64,000 nucleotides of DNA from Eledone cirrhosa. Lineage: Eukaryota. The notes under the pieces are model-generated. The model ran no database searches, was not told where the DNA came from, and saw nothing but the letters and a program-made list of their open reading frames with translations. Within the stretch, counting starts at the first letter, position 1, and every line of letters starts with the position of its first letter. The DNA lies in the NCBI GenBank assembly GCA_964016885.1, contig OZ024746.1:16182001-16246000 (forward strand). Direction: 5' to 3'. This document shows, in pieces, positions 13,151-26,849 of the stretch. Made by a program: the position numbers and the translations under genes.

Positions 13151-13365
13151 GATATAGTGGTTGTGAGATATACTACAATAGCTGAAGGATATAGTGGTTG
13201 TGAGATATACTACAATAGCTGAAGGATATAGTGGTTGTGAGATATACTACAATAGCTGAAGGCTATAGTGGTTGTGAGATATACTACAATAGCTGAAGGC
13301 TATAGTGGTTGTGAGATATACTACAATAGCTGAAGGATATAGTGGTTGTGAGATATACTACAATA
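13151..13365. repeat. Minisatellite, 37 bp unit, ~6 copies
   Basis: gatatagtggttgtgagatatactacaatagctgaag. Confidence 0.95.
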
Positions 13366-13399
13366 TATGATGGAATTTGTGGGATGTTATACCATGTAA

Positions 13400-14185
13400 A
13401 TGAGCTGGTAGTTGGTAGAATGTCTATGTGATATCTAAAGATCTCTCACTCCAGATATACCATGGAGATGGTAGTATGACTGTGTGATAACTAGAGATCT
13501 CTCACTCCAGATATAGTGTTGGTAGAATGACTATGTGATATCTACAGATCTCTCACTCCAGATACATCATGGAAATGGTAGTTGATAGAATGACAGTGTG
13601 ATATCTACATATCGCTCACTCCAGATATACCATGGAGTTGGTAGTTGGTAGAATGACTGAGATATCTAGATATCTCTCACTCCAGATATACCATGGAGTT
13701 GGTAGTTGGTAGAATGACTGAGATATCTACATATCTCTCACTCCAGATATACCATGGAGTTGGTAGTTGGTAGAATGACTGTGATATCTAGATATCTCTC
13801 ACTCCAGATATACCACGGAGTTGGTAGTTGGAAGAATGACTGAGATATCTAGATATCTCTCACTCCAGATATACCACGGAGTTGGTAGTTGGAAGAATGA
13901 CTGAGATATGACTGGGTGATATCTAAAGATCTCTCACTCCAGATATTCCATGCAGTTGGTAAAATGACAGTGTAATATCTACATATCTCTCACTCCAGAT
14001 ATACCATGGAGTTGGTAGTTAGAATGACTGAGATATCTAGATATCTCTCACTCCAGATATACCATGGAGTTGGTAGTTAGTAGAATGACTGGGTGATATC
14101 TAGAGATCTCTCACTTTAGATATACAAGGTAGATGGTTGAATGACTGAGATATCTACATATCTCTTACTCCAGATATACCATGTA
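13400..14185. repeat. Diverged minisatellite, ~61 bp unit, ~12 copies
   Basis: tctctcactccagatataccatggagttggtagttggtagaatgact…. Confidence 0.9.
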
Positions 14186-15024
14186 GTAATTGAGGGAAAC
14201 TATTATTGCTTGACCTACTAGAAGTAGCAGTCAAATGAAATCCCATCTGTTTACCATATTGCAGTCTAAATAAAGATTTACACATTGAACAATGAAGTCC
14301 CTGATATAGAAAAAGATGGGGTGGTCACGGCTAGGCAGTCTTTAATCATTGATCTTCTCAACCAAGACCCACCTGAAACTAAACAACAGTAAATTCTAGT
14401 GTAATGAAAGTATTATTTAAAATAGGGATTTATTATAGAAATTGGGAGGTAAAGATGTGAAAATGTTATGATTTTATCACAATTTCTGACGACTTTATAT
14501 TTTAATTAATTTAATAAACACAAAAAAGCCCAGCAGCACAAAAACAAGAGGTGTTAAAAGGGTGGATGACCTCTTCAGAGTTAATGGCCATCCACCCCAC
14601 TATGGGTTAAATAGCCTCACCAGCCCACAATTTGTCAAGTGTGGTGAATACGGCTACACCTTTGAAGACCCAACCAAAACCAAACGGAAAGGGGTTGAGG
14701 TCAACCAAGGAGGGGTTACTCCAACAGGAGTGAGAAGGTCCTGGATTGGATTGAAATAAACACAATAAAATCCATCCTTTGATGCCAGCTTTTTAAATCC
14801 CAGTAATTATTCTAAAAAGTCTAAAGTCTGTCTCAAGCCCGGAACCTCCTCAGGCTGGTGCTTATCCTTGTTTTGTGGCATGAAGTGACTGTGTACAAGA
14901 CTCCCCTTGGACAGGATGCTAGTCCTTTGCAGGGTTAAACCCCCAGTTATATCTGCTTGTACTCATTTTCTGTCCAGTAGTTATTGAACGATTACAAATC
15001 ATACCATTCTACCATTCAGTACCC

Positions 15025-15905
15025 CAACACCATCACCACCACCACCACCTACTGTACCCCACCTACTGTACCCCACCATCATCACCACCACCACCACCAC
15101 CATCACTGCCACCACCACCACCACCACCACCACCACCACCACCACCACCACCACCACCACCATCACTGCCACCACCACCACCACCACCACCACCACCACC
15201 ACCACCACCACCACCACCATCACTGCCACCACCTACTGCAGTTTAGAAAAACAGAAATACTTATTTTCTTACTGGTTGAATATCCTCTCCAGTATTGTGT
15301 TGTTGTTGCTGTCGTAGTTGTTGTAGCTGTTGTTGTTGTTGGTGTAGTTGTTGTTGTTGCTGTCGTAGTTGTTGTAGCTGTTGTTGTTGTTGGTGTAGTT
15401 GTTGTTGTAGCTGTTGTTGTTGTTGTTCCACTTCATTGGAGCCAACACAGTTGTAACTCATTAAATATTTAGAAACAACCCACTTTTACAAATTACTCTT
15501 GATAAAATCGTTGACACTTTTCTGTGATTCTGCATTTATTGTAGCTAATGTTCCTCCTTACCGCCATCAGCATCATCGCCGTCACCATCACTGTCATCAT
15601 CACCATCACCATCATCCTCATCATCACCATCACCGTCATCACCACCACAATCACCATCGCCATCACCACCATCACCACCATCACTGTCATCCTCATCATC
15701 ACCCTCACCGTCACCACCACCACCACCATCACCACCATCACTGTCATCATCACCATCACCCTCACCGTCACCATCACCCTCACCGTCATCACCACCATAT
15801 CACCCTCCCCTTCCTCTTCTTCATCATCACCATTATCATCCTGCTACACTTCTTCACCCTCCTCCTCCTCCTCATCATCATCACCCTCCTCCTCCTCCTC
15901 CTCTT
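15025..15905. repeat. Trinucleotide microsatellites (CAC/GTT/CAT/CCT)
   Basis: Direct inspection; they produce poly-H/V/T ORF artefacts. Confidence 0.95.
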
Positions 15906-16084
15906 ACATTCACTTTCCCTTCCAGCAATGTTTGGCTCTGTCATCACAGACGAAGCTGTTACTTCCAGCTGCTACCCTCCCAGATGCATTGGTAGCCTGC
16001 ATATTACATTCCTGCAGTCTAGGGTGCACCTGGCGTAATGTTAAGATGGCACCAGCACTACAGAGGTGTCATGACTTCCTTGAT

Positions 16085-18806
16085 GTCACTGGGTGTTTCA
16101 GGTCTTACTAAGACACATCATCAGTGTTATATCTTGGGGTCACTGGGTGTTTCAGGTCTTACTAAAACACATCATCAGTGTTATATCTTGGGGTCACTGG
16201 GTGTTTCAGGTCTTACTAAGACACATCATCAGTGTTATATCTTGGGGTCACTGGGTGTTTCAGGTCTTACTAAGACACATCATCAGTGTTATATCTTGGG
16301 GTCACTGGGTGTTTCAGGTCTTACTAAGACACATCATCAGTGTTATATCTTGGGGTCACTGGGTGTTTCAGGTCTTACTAAGACACATCATCAGTGTTAT
16401 ATCTTGGGGTCACTGGGTGTTTCAGGTCTTACTAAGACACATCATCAGTGTTATATCTTGGGGTCACTGGGTGTTTCAGGTCTTACTAAGACACATCATC
16501 AGTGTTATATCTTGGGGTCACTGGGTGTTTCAGGTCTTACTAAGACACATCATCAGTGTTATATCTTGGGGTCACTGGGTGTTTCAGGTCTTACTAAGAC
16601 ACATCATCAGTGTTATATCTTGGGGTCACTGGGTGTTTCAGGTCTTACTAAGACACATCATCAGTGTTATATCTTGGGGTCACTGGGTGTTTCAGGTCTT
16701 ACTAAGACACATCATAAGTGTTATATCTTGGGGTCACTGGGTGTTTCAGGTCTTACTAAGACACATCATCAGTGTTATATCTTGGGGTCACTGGGTGTTT
16801 CAGGTCTTACTAAGACACATCATCAGTGTTATATCTTGGGGTCACTGGGTGTTTCAGGTCTTACTAAGACACATCATCAGTGTTATATCTTGGGGTCACT
16901 GGGTGTTTCAGGTCTTACTAAGACACATCATCAGTGTTATATCTTGGGGTCACTGGGTGTTTCAGGTCTTACTAAGACACATCATAAGTGTTATATCTTG
17001 GGGTCACTGGGTGTTTCAGGTCTTACTAAGACACATCATCAGTGTTATATCTTGGGGTCACTGGGTGTTTCAGGTCTTACTAAGACACATCATCAGTGTT
17101 ATATCTTGGGGTCACTGGGTGTTTCAGGTCTTACTAAGACACATCATCAGTGTTATATCTTGGGGTCACTGGGTGTTTCAGGTCTTACTAAGACACATCA
17201 TAAGTGTTATATCTTGGGGTCACTGGGTGTTTCAGGTCTTACTAAGACACATCATCAGTGTTATATCTTGGGGTCACTGGGTGTTTCAGGTCTTACTAAG
17301 ACACATCATCAGTGTTATATCTTGGGGTCACTGGGTGTTTCAGGTCTTACTAAGACACATCATCAGTGTTATATCTTGGGGTCACTGGGTGTTTCAGGTC
17401 TTACTAAGACACATCATCAGTGTTATATCTTGGGGTCACTGGGTGTTTCAGGTCTTACTAAGACACATCATCAGTGTTATATCTTGGGGTCACTGGGTGT
17501 TTCAGGTCTTACTAAGACACATCATAAGTGTTATATCTTGGGGTCACTGGGTGTTTCAGGTCTTACTAAGACACATCATCAGTGTTATATCTTGGGGTCA
17601 CTGGGTGTTTCAGGTCTTACTAAGACACATCATAAGTGTTATATCTTGGGGTCACTGGGTGTTTCAGGTCTTACTAAGACACATCATCAGTGTTATATCT
17701 TGGGGTCACTGGGTGTTTCAGGTCTTACTAAGACACATCATAAGTGTTATATCTTGGGGTCACTGGGTGTTTCAGGTCTTACTAAGACACATCATCAGTG
17801 TTATATCTTGGGGTCACTGGGTGTATCAGGTCTTACTAAGACACATCATCAGTGTTATATCTTGGGGTCACTGGGTGTTTCAGGTCTTACTAAGACACAT
17901 CATCAGTGTTATATCTTGGGGTCACTGGGTGTATCAGGTCTTACTAAGACACATCATCAGTGTTATATCTTGGGGTCACTGGGTGTTTCAGGTCTTACTA
18001 AGACACATCATAAGTGTTATATCTTGGGGTCACTTGGTGTTTCAGGTCTTACTAAGACACATCATCAGTGTTATATCTTGGGGTCACTGGGTGTTTCAGG
18101 TCTTACTAAGACACATCATCAGTGTTATATCTTGGGGTCACTGGGTGTTTCAGGTCTTACTAAGACACATCATCAGTGTTATATCTTGGGGTCACTGGGT
18201 GTTTCAGGTCTTACTAAAACACATCATCAGTGTTATATCTTGGGGTCACTGGGTGTTTCAGGTCTTACTAAGACACATCATCAGTGTTATATCTTGGGGT
18301 CACTGGGTGTTTCAGGTCTTACTAAGACACATCATCAGTGTTATATCTTGGGGTCACTGGGTGTTTCAGGTCTTACTAAAACACATCATCAGTGTTATAT
18401 CTTGGGGTCACTGGGTGTTTCAGGTCTTACTAAGACACATCATCAGTGTTATATCATGGAGTCACTGGGTGTATCAGGTCTTACTAAGACACATCATCAG
18501 TGTTATATCTTGGGGTCACTGGGTGTTTCAGGTCTTACTAAGACACATCATCAGTGTTATATCTTGGGGTCACTGGGTGTTTCAGGTCTTACTAAGACAC
18601 ATCATAAGTGTTATATCATGGAGTCACTGGGTGTATCAGGTCTTACTAAGACACATCATCAGTGTTATATCTTGGGGTCACTTGGTGTTTCAGGTCTTAC
18701 TAAGACACATCATCAGTGTTATATCTTGGGGTCAGTGGGTGTATCAGGTCTTACTAAGACATCATCAGTGTTATATCATGGAGTCAGTGGGTGTATCAGG
18801 TCTTAC
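16085..18806. repeat. Minisatellite, 54 bp unit, ~50 near-identical copies
   Basis: gtcactgggtgtttcaggtcttactaagacacatcatcagtgttatatcttggg. Confidence 0.98.
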
Positions 18807-19131
18807 AACATACCCTCTCATTCCAGTGACCCAACCAAGGTTAATCAAACCACAGTTTGTATCCAAGTGACATTTCACTGTCCCTATCAACCACTTCTTT
18901 TCCATCAACTATGGTGGAATAAAGGTTGTAATCTATAGATCAATATACACACTATTGATCTATAGATGAAACAACTTGTTTATATTACATTGGGGACGTA
19001 GGGGCAGCATCCATGATCCCCTTTGACCTTCTTCGAACAACACACCAGATAATGTTAACATTTCTTTAATATATTTAAGTGAATTGGAACTCAGCACTAC
19101 TTGCTTTGCTGAGGAGGTTGAAACATGTGTC

Positions 19132-22100
19132 GACCTGTCAAATCAGTCCATCAAAATTGACCTCACAGCCTCATGTCCTGTAGTACCAACCTGTCATATC
19201 ATTCCACCAAAATTGACCTCACAGCCTCATGTCCTGTAGTACCAACCTGTCATCATTCCACCAAAATTGACCTCACAGCCTCATGTCCTGTAGTACCAAC
19301 CTGTCATATCATTCCACCAAAATTGACCCCACAGTCTCATGTCCTGTAGTACCAACCTGTCAAATCAGTCCATCAAAATTGACCTCACAGTCTCATGTCC
19401 TGTAGTACCAACCTGTCATATCATTCCACCAAAATTGACCTCACAGCCTCATGTCCTGTAGTACCAACCTGTCATATCATTCCACCAAAATTGACCTCAC
19501 AGCCTCATGTCCTGTAGTACCAACCTGTCATATCATTCCACCAAAATTGACCTCACAGTCTCATGTCCTGTAGTACCAACCTGTCATATCATTCCACCAA
19601 AATTGACCTCACAGCCTCATGTCCTGTAGTACCAACCTGTCATATCATTCCACCAAAATTGACCCCACAGTCTCATGTCCTGTAGTACCAACCTGTCAAA
19701 TCAGTCCATCAAAATTGACCTCACAGCCTCATGTCCTGTAGTACCAACCTGTCATATCATTCCACCAAAATTGGCCTCACAGCCTCATGTCCTGTAGTAC
19801 CAACCTGTCATATTCCACCAAAATTGACCCCACAGTCTCATGTCCTGTAGTACCAACCTGTCATATCATTCCACCAAAATTGGCCTCACAGCCTCATGTC
19901 CTGTAGTACCAACCTGTCATATCATTCCACCAAAATTGACCTCACAGCCTCATGTCCTGTAGTACCAACCTGTCATATCATTCCACCAAAATTGACCTCA
20001 CAGTCTCATGTCCTGTAGTACCAACCTGTCATATCATTCCACCAAAATTGACCTCACAGCCTCATGTCCTGTAGTACCAACCTGTCATATCATTCCACCA
20101 AAATTGACCCCACAGTCTCATGTCCTGTAGTACCAACCTGTCAAATCAGTCCATCAAAATTGACCTCACAGCCTCATGTCCTGTAGTACCAACCTGTCAT
20201 ATCATTCCACCAAAATTGGCCTCACAGCCTCATGTCCTGTAGTACCAACCTGTCATATTCCACCAAAATTGACCCCACAGTCTCATGTCCTGTAGTACCA
20301 ACCTGTCATATCATTCCACCAAAATTGGCCTCACAGCCTCATGTCCTGTAGTACCAACCTGTCATATCATTCCACCAAAATTGACCTCACAGCCTCATGT
20401 CCTGTAGTACCAACCTGTCATATCATTCCACCAAAATTGACCTCACAGCCTCATGTCCTGTAGTACCAACCTGTCATATCATTCCACCAAAATTGACCCC
20501 ACAGTCTCATGTCCTGTAGTACCAACCTGTCAAATCAGTCCATCAAAATTGACCTCACAGCCTCATGTCCTGTAGTACCAACCTGTCATATCATTCCACC
20601 AAAATTGGCCTCACAGCCTCATGTCCTGTAGTACCAACCTGTCATATTCCACCAAAATTGACCCCACAGTCTCATGTCCTGTAGTACCAACCTGTCATAT
20701 CATTCCACCAAAATTGGCCTCACAGCCTCATGTCCTGTAGTACCAACCTGTCATATCATTCCACCAAAATTGACCTCACAGCCTCATGTCCTGTAGTACC
20801 AACCTGTCATATCATTCCACCAAAATTGGCCTCACAGCCTCATGTCCTGTAGTACCAACCTGTCATATCATTCCACCAAAATTGGCCTCACAGCCTCATG
20901 TCCTGTAGTACCAACCTGTCATATCATTCCACCAAAATTGACCTCACAGCCTCATGTCCTGTAGTACCAACCTGTCATATCATTCCACCAAAATTGGCCT
21001 CACAGCCTCATGTCCTGTAGTACCAACCTGTCATATTCCACCAAAATTGACCTCACAGTCTCATGTCCTGTAGTACCAACCTGTCATATCATTCCACCAA
21101 AATTGACCTCACAGCCTCATGTCCTGTAGTACCAACCTGTCATATCATTCCACCAAAATTGGCCTCACAGCCTCATGTCCTGTAGTACCAACCTGTCATA
21201 TTCCACCAAAATTGACCCCACAGTCTCATGTCCTGTAGTACCAACCTGTCATATCATTCCACCAAAATTGGCCTCACAGCCTCATGTCCTGTAGTACCAA
21301 CCTGTCATATCATTCCACCAAAATTGACCTCACAGCCTCATGTCCTGTAGTATCAACCTGTCATATCATTCCACCAAAATTGACCTCACAGCCTCATGTC
21401 CTGTAGTACCAACCTGTCATATCATTCCACCAAAATTGGCCTCACAGCCTCATGTCCTGTAGTACCAACCTGTCATATCATTCCACCAAAATTGGCCTCA
21501 CAGCCTCATGTCCTGTAGTACCAACCTGTCATATCATTCCACCAAAATTGGCCTCACAGCCTCATGTCCTGTAGTACCAACCTGTCATATCATTCCACCA
21601 AAATTGACCTCACAGCCTCATGTCCTGTAGTATCAACCTGTCATATCATTCCACCAAAATTGACCTCACAGCCTCATGTCCTATAGTACCAACCTGTCAT
21701 ATTCCACCAAAATTGACCTCACAGTCTCATGTCCTATAGTACCAACCTGTCATATTCCACCAAAATTGACCTTACAGTCTCATGTCCTGTAGTACCAACC
21801 TGTCATATCATTCCACCAAAATTGGCCTCACAGTCTCATGTCCTGTAGTATCAATCTGTCAAATCAGTCCATCAAAATTGACCCCACAGTCTCATGTTCT
21901 GTAGTACCAACCTGTCATATCATTCCACCAAAATTGACCTCACAGCCTCATGTCCTATAGTACCAACCTGTCATATTCCACCAAAATTGACCTCACAGTC
22001 TCATGTCCTATAGTACCAACCTGTCATATTCCACCAAAATTGACCTTACAGTCTCATGTCCTGTAGTACCAACCTGTCATATCATTCCACCAAAATTGGC

Positions 22101-22430
22101 CTCACAGCCTCATGTCCTGTAGTATCAATCTGTCAAATCAGTCCATCAAAATTGACCCCACAGTCTCATGTTCTGTAGTACCAACCTGTCATATCATTCC
22201 ACCAAAATTGGCCTCACAGCCTCATGTCCTGTAGTATCAATCTGTCAAATCAGTCCATCAAAATTGACCCCACAGTCTCATGTTCTGTAGTACCAACCTG
22301 TCATATCATTCCACCAAAATTGGCCTCACTGCCTCATGTCCTGTAGTATCAACCTGTCAAATCAGTCCATCAAAATTGACCCCACAGTCTCATGTTCTGT
22401 AGTATCAACCTGTTGAATCATTCCGTCAAA
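19132..22430. repeat. Minisatellite, 56 bp unit (53-54 bp variants), ~59 copies
   Basis: aaaattgacctcacagcctcatgtcctgtagtaccaacctgtcatatcattccacc. Confidence 0.98.
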
Positions 22431-23012
22431 ATTCTTATGAAGTCTGTCAAAGCTAACCCCTACTTTGGAAGATAAATGTCCTTAAAACACTTATTGTACT
22501 GCATACTAATAAAAAGGGGTATATGTTACAATGGAGAGCTGTACCTACTGCAACAGGGTGGACTCTGCAAAATGTACCCAAGGTCCACGTAGTAGTGTTA
22601 ACTGGGGTGACATATTATTCCAGTAGACCTAGAAGAAACAGGGTTATGTTCAACATGTTTATGGACTAAACTTTGCTCACTCAGGAGATTGTGTAGTTGT
22701 TGATGTTAAATTTATGCTTAGCCAACAACAACAACAATAACAATATTGATAGAATCTGTTTATCTAACATTTAAGAAAAACATTAGACAAAAAGCAATAT
22801 CGACAAAATACATGCGACATCTTCAGAATAAATAAACGAAGGGAAAGGTTTTAATTTTAGTTTTATTTTTTAAATAGCAATATCTTTGTTCTTTTGTGGC
22901 ACATTTTTCAAATGTCCTTACGATACCTCTTAATTTATTTATAACTTTTAGTATTTTTACCCAACTATTTATTTACTAACACATACATTGATACATACAC
23001 ACACAAGTACAG

Positions 23013-23013
<1 letters not shown>

Positions 23014-23064
<51 letters not shown>

Positions 23065-23095
23065 ATGCGTATATATATGTATGCATATATATGTA

Positions 23096-23141
<46 letters not shown>

Positions 23142-23142
23142 C

Positions 23143-23182
<40 letters not shown>

Positions 23183-23400
23183 GTATGCATATATATATGT
23201 ATGCATATATATATATGTATGCATATATATATATATATGTATATATATACATATGTATATATATATATATGTATGCATATATATATATATGTGTATATAT
23301 ATATATGTATATATATATATGTATACATATATATATATATATGTATGCATATATATATATGTATTCATATGTGTATACATATATATATATGTATACATAC

Positions 23401-23444
<44 letters not shown>

Positions 23445-23540
23445 GTAACACACAAAAACACACACACATATATATGTATATGTATATAGATGTATGTGAA
23501 TATATATATGTATGTATATATATATATGTATGTATGTATG

Positions 23541-23589
<49 letters not shown>

Positions 23590-23595
23590 ACATAT
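23014..23595. repeat. (TA)n/(TATG)n microsatellite
   Basis: Direct inspection. Confidence 0.95.
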
Positions 23596-24059
23596 TTGTG
23601 TGTGTGCTTGTATATTCATTAGTGTATTCGTTAGTTAGTTAAGCAAACTTAATTATATTCATGATCTGATATTTTAATTTTCTCATCACACGTCTACACC
23701 CTCCCTCTCCACACCCCACCTTCACCTATCGCTCCCCCCTCCACCCCACCCCACCCGTTTCCCCCCTCCTTGAAACTCATGAATGATGTAAATGTTGATT
23801 TTTATATTTTATTTTCTTCTATCAATATTCTGTAGTTAAACTCGATAAAAAAAAAACACATACACGCACATATATACTCAGGTATATACACACATAAGCA
23901 TACATACACACACATACACATACATACACATACGTACACATACGTAATACATACATCCTTTACACACAGGTGCATATACACACAGAAGGACACACACATG
24001 AACATGCATATGTATATATATGCACACACACACATACACGCACACATGCACACACATAT

Positions 24060-24438
24060 CAAAAGATACAGAGAAAGAGAAGAAAGTGCGAGAGAGAGAG
24101 AAAGAGAAGAGAAAGAGGAGAGAGAGACAGAAAGAAATACACAGAGAGAGAGAGAGAGAGAAAGAGGAGAAAGAAAAAGAGGTAAGAGAGAGGGAGAGAA
24201 AGAAATACAGAAAGAGAGAGAGAGAGAGAGAGAAAGAGAAAGAAATACAGAGAGAGAGAGAATGAGAGAGAAAGTGAAAGAGGAGAAAGAAAAAGAGGTA
24301 AGAGAGAGGGAGAGAAAGAAATACAGAAAGAGAGAGAGAGAGAGAGAAAGAGAAAGAAATACAGAGAGAGAGAGAATGAGAGAGAGAGTGAAAGAGGAGA
24401 AAGAAAAAGAGGTAAGAGAGAGGGAGAGAAAGAAATAC

Positions 24439-24476
<38 letters not shown>

Positions 24477-25140
24477 AGAAATACAGAGAGAGAGAGAATG
24501 AGAGAGAGAGTGAAAGAGGAGAAAGAAAAAGAGGTGAGAGAGAGGGAGAGAAAGAAATACAGAAAGAGAGAGAGAGAGAGAGAAAGAGAAAGAAATACAG
24601 AGAGAGAATGAGAGAGAGAGTGAAAGAGGAGAAAGAAAAAGAGGTGAGAGAGAGGGAGAGAAAGAAATACAGAAAGAGAGAGAGAGAGAGAAAGAGAAAG
24701 AAATACAGAGAGAGAGAGAAAGAGAAAGAAAAGAGGTGAGAGAGAGGGAGAGAAAGAGAAAGAAATACAGAGAGAGAGAAAGAGAAAGAAAAGAGGTGAG
24801 AGAGAGGGAGAGAAAGAAAAGAGGTGAGAGAGAGAGAGAGAGAAAGAGAAAGAAAAGAGGTGAGAGAGAGGGAGAGAAAGAAAAGAGGTGAGAGAGAGAG
24901 AGAGAGAAAGAGAAAGAAAAGAGGTGAGAGAGAGGGAGAGAAAGAAAAGAGGTGAGAGAGAGAGAGAGAGAAAGAGAAAGAAAAGAGGTGAGAGAGAGGG
25001 AGAGAAAGAAAAGAGGTGAGAGAGAGAGAGAGAGAAAGAGAAAGAAAAGAGGTGAGAGAGAGGGAGAGAAAGAAAAGAGGTGAGAGAGAGAGAGAGAGAA
25101 AGAGAAAGAAAAGAGGTGAGAGAGAGAAAGAAAAAAAAGA
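24060..25140. repeat. Polypurine GA-rich compound tandem repeat
   Basis: gagaaagaaaagaggtgagagagaggga units. Confidence 0.95.
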
Positions 25141-25354
25141 AAAGTGACCGAAGGAAAGGTAGAAGTGTTGCAGTGTTAAAAGTTTGTGATATTTCACTAA
25201 TTAAATCCTTTTCTCATCAACAGATAATATTCTTTGTTTAACTTTATTAAGTAGACCTTAAGATTGATCATCTCACCAACACAACTAGACACATTGCTGC
25301 TGCTGCTGCTGCTGCTGCTGCTACTTTATTTCTACTACTACTCACACACACACA

Positions 25355-25399
<45 letters not shown>

Positions 25400-25429
25400 A
25401 TATATATATACACATGTATATATATATAT

Positions 25430-25484
<55 letters not shown>

Positions 25485-25522
25485 CATATATGGAATAAAA
25501 GTGCTACTTAAGGTTTCAAGGC

Positions 25523-26202
<680 letters not shown>

Positions 26203-26558
26203 GCTTTGCTACTCTCTCTATGATCTTTATTCTGCCTTCCTTTCTTCTTTCTTTCCTTTCTTTCTTTCTTTCTTTCCTTCTTTCTTTCCACCCCTGTCTA
26301 CTATATCTTCTTCCTGCTTTAATTGCTCTCTCTCTCTCTCTCTCTCTCTTCATTAACTATCTACACCCCCATCATTATCTCTTCCCCCCACACTGCCTAT
26401 CTCCCCTCCCCTCCTTCTCTTACACCCTACCAGTGTTACATTTATAACAGTAAAAGTACTCCTTATTCTAATTTCATTTTATACACGGGGGGGGGGGGAG
26501 GCAGTGAATAATGCAATGTACTTGTATTGAGTACTACAGTCTTCTGTCATCTATGGAG

Positions 26559-26750
26559 ACATGTGGCCTAGTGGCCAGGGTGTTGAACTTGTGATCATAA
26601 TGATATGGGTTCAATTCCTGGCCTTTGTTGCGTGTTGTGTTCTTGAGCAAACACTTCATTTCACCGTTGCTCCAGTATACTCAGCTGAAAATGAGTACCA
26701 GCTATAAACTGGGGGTTTTAACCCTGCAATGGACTGGTGTCCTGAGACAG
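26559..26750 (+). mobile_element. tRNA-derived CORE-like SINE
   Basis: tggcctagtgg A box, ggttcaattcc B box, cttgagcaaacactt core. Confidence 0.75.
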
Positions 26751-26849
26751 CAACCTTCGTACACTTCCACTCCAGGACTTTACACTTCTGTCAACTAACA
26801 ATAACATTACTAGATATTGGTATATTGTTTACTACAGAATATGTCAGGG

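Noticed and set aside
16038-18938. 966-aa and 925-aa ORFs
   Set aside because: Translations of a 54-bp minisatellite; no domain content or splice context.
22969-23638. Numerous Y/I/C/V/H-rich ORFs here and at 10.4k, 32.4k, 37.6k, 46k, 58k and 62k
   Set aside because: Dinucleotide microsatellite translations.
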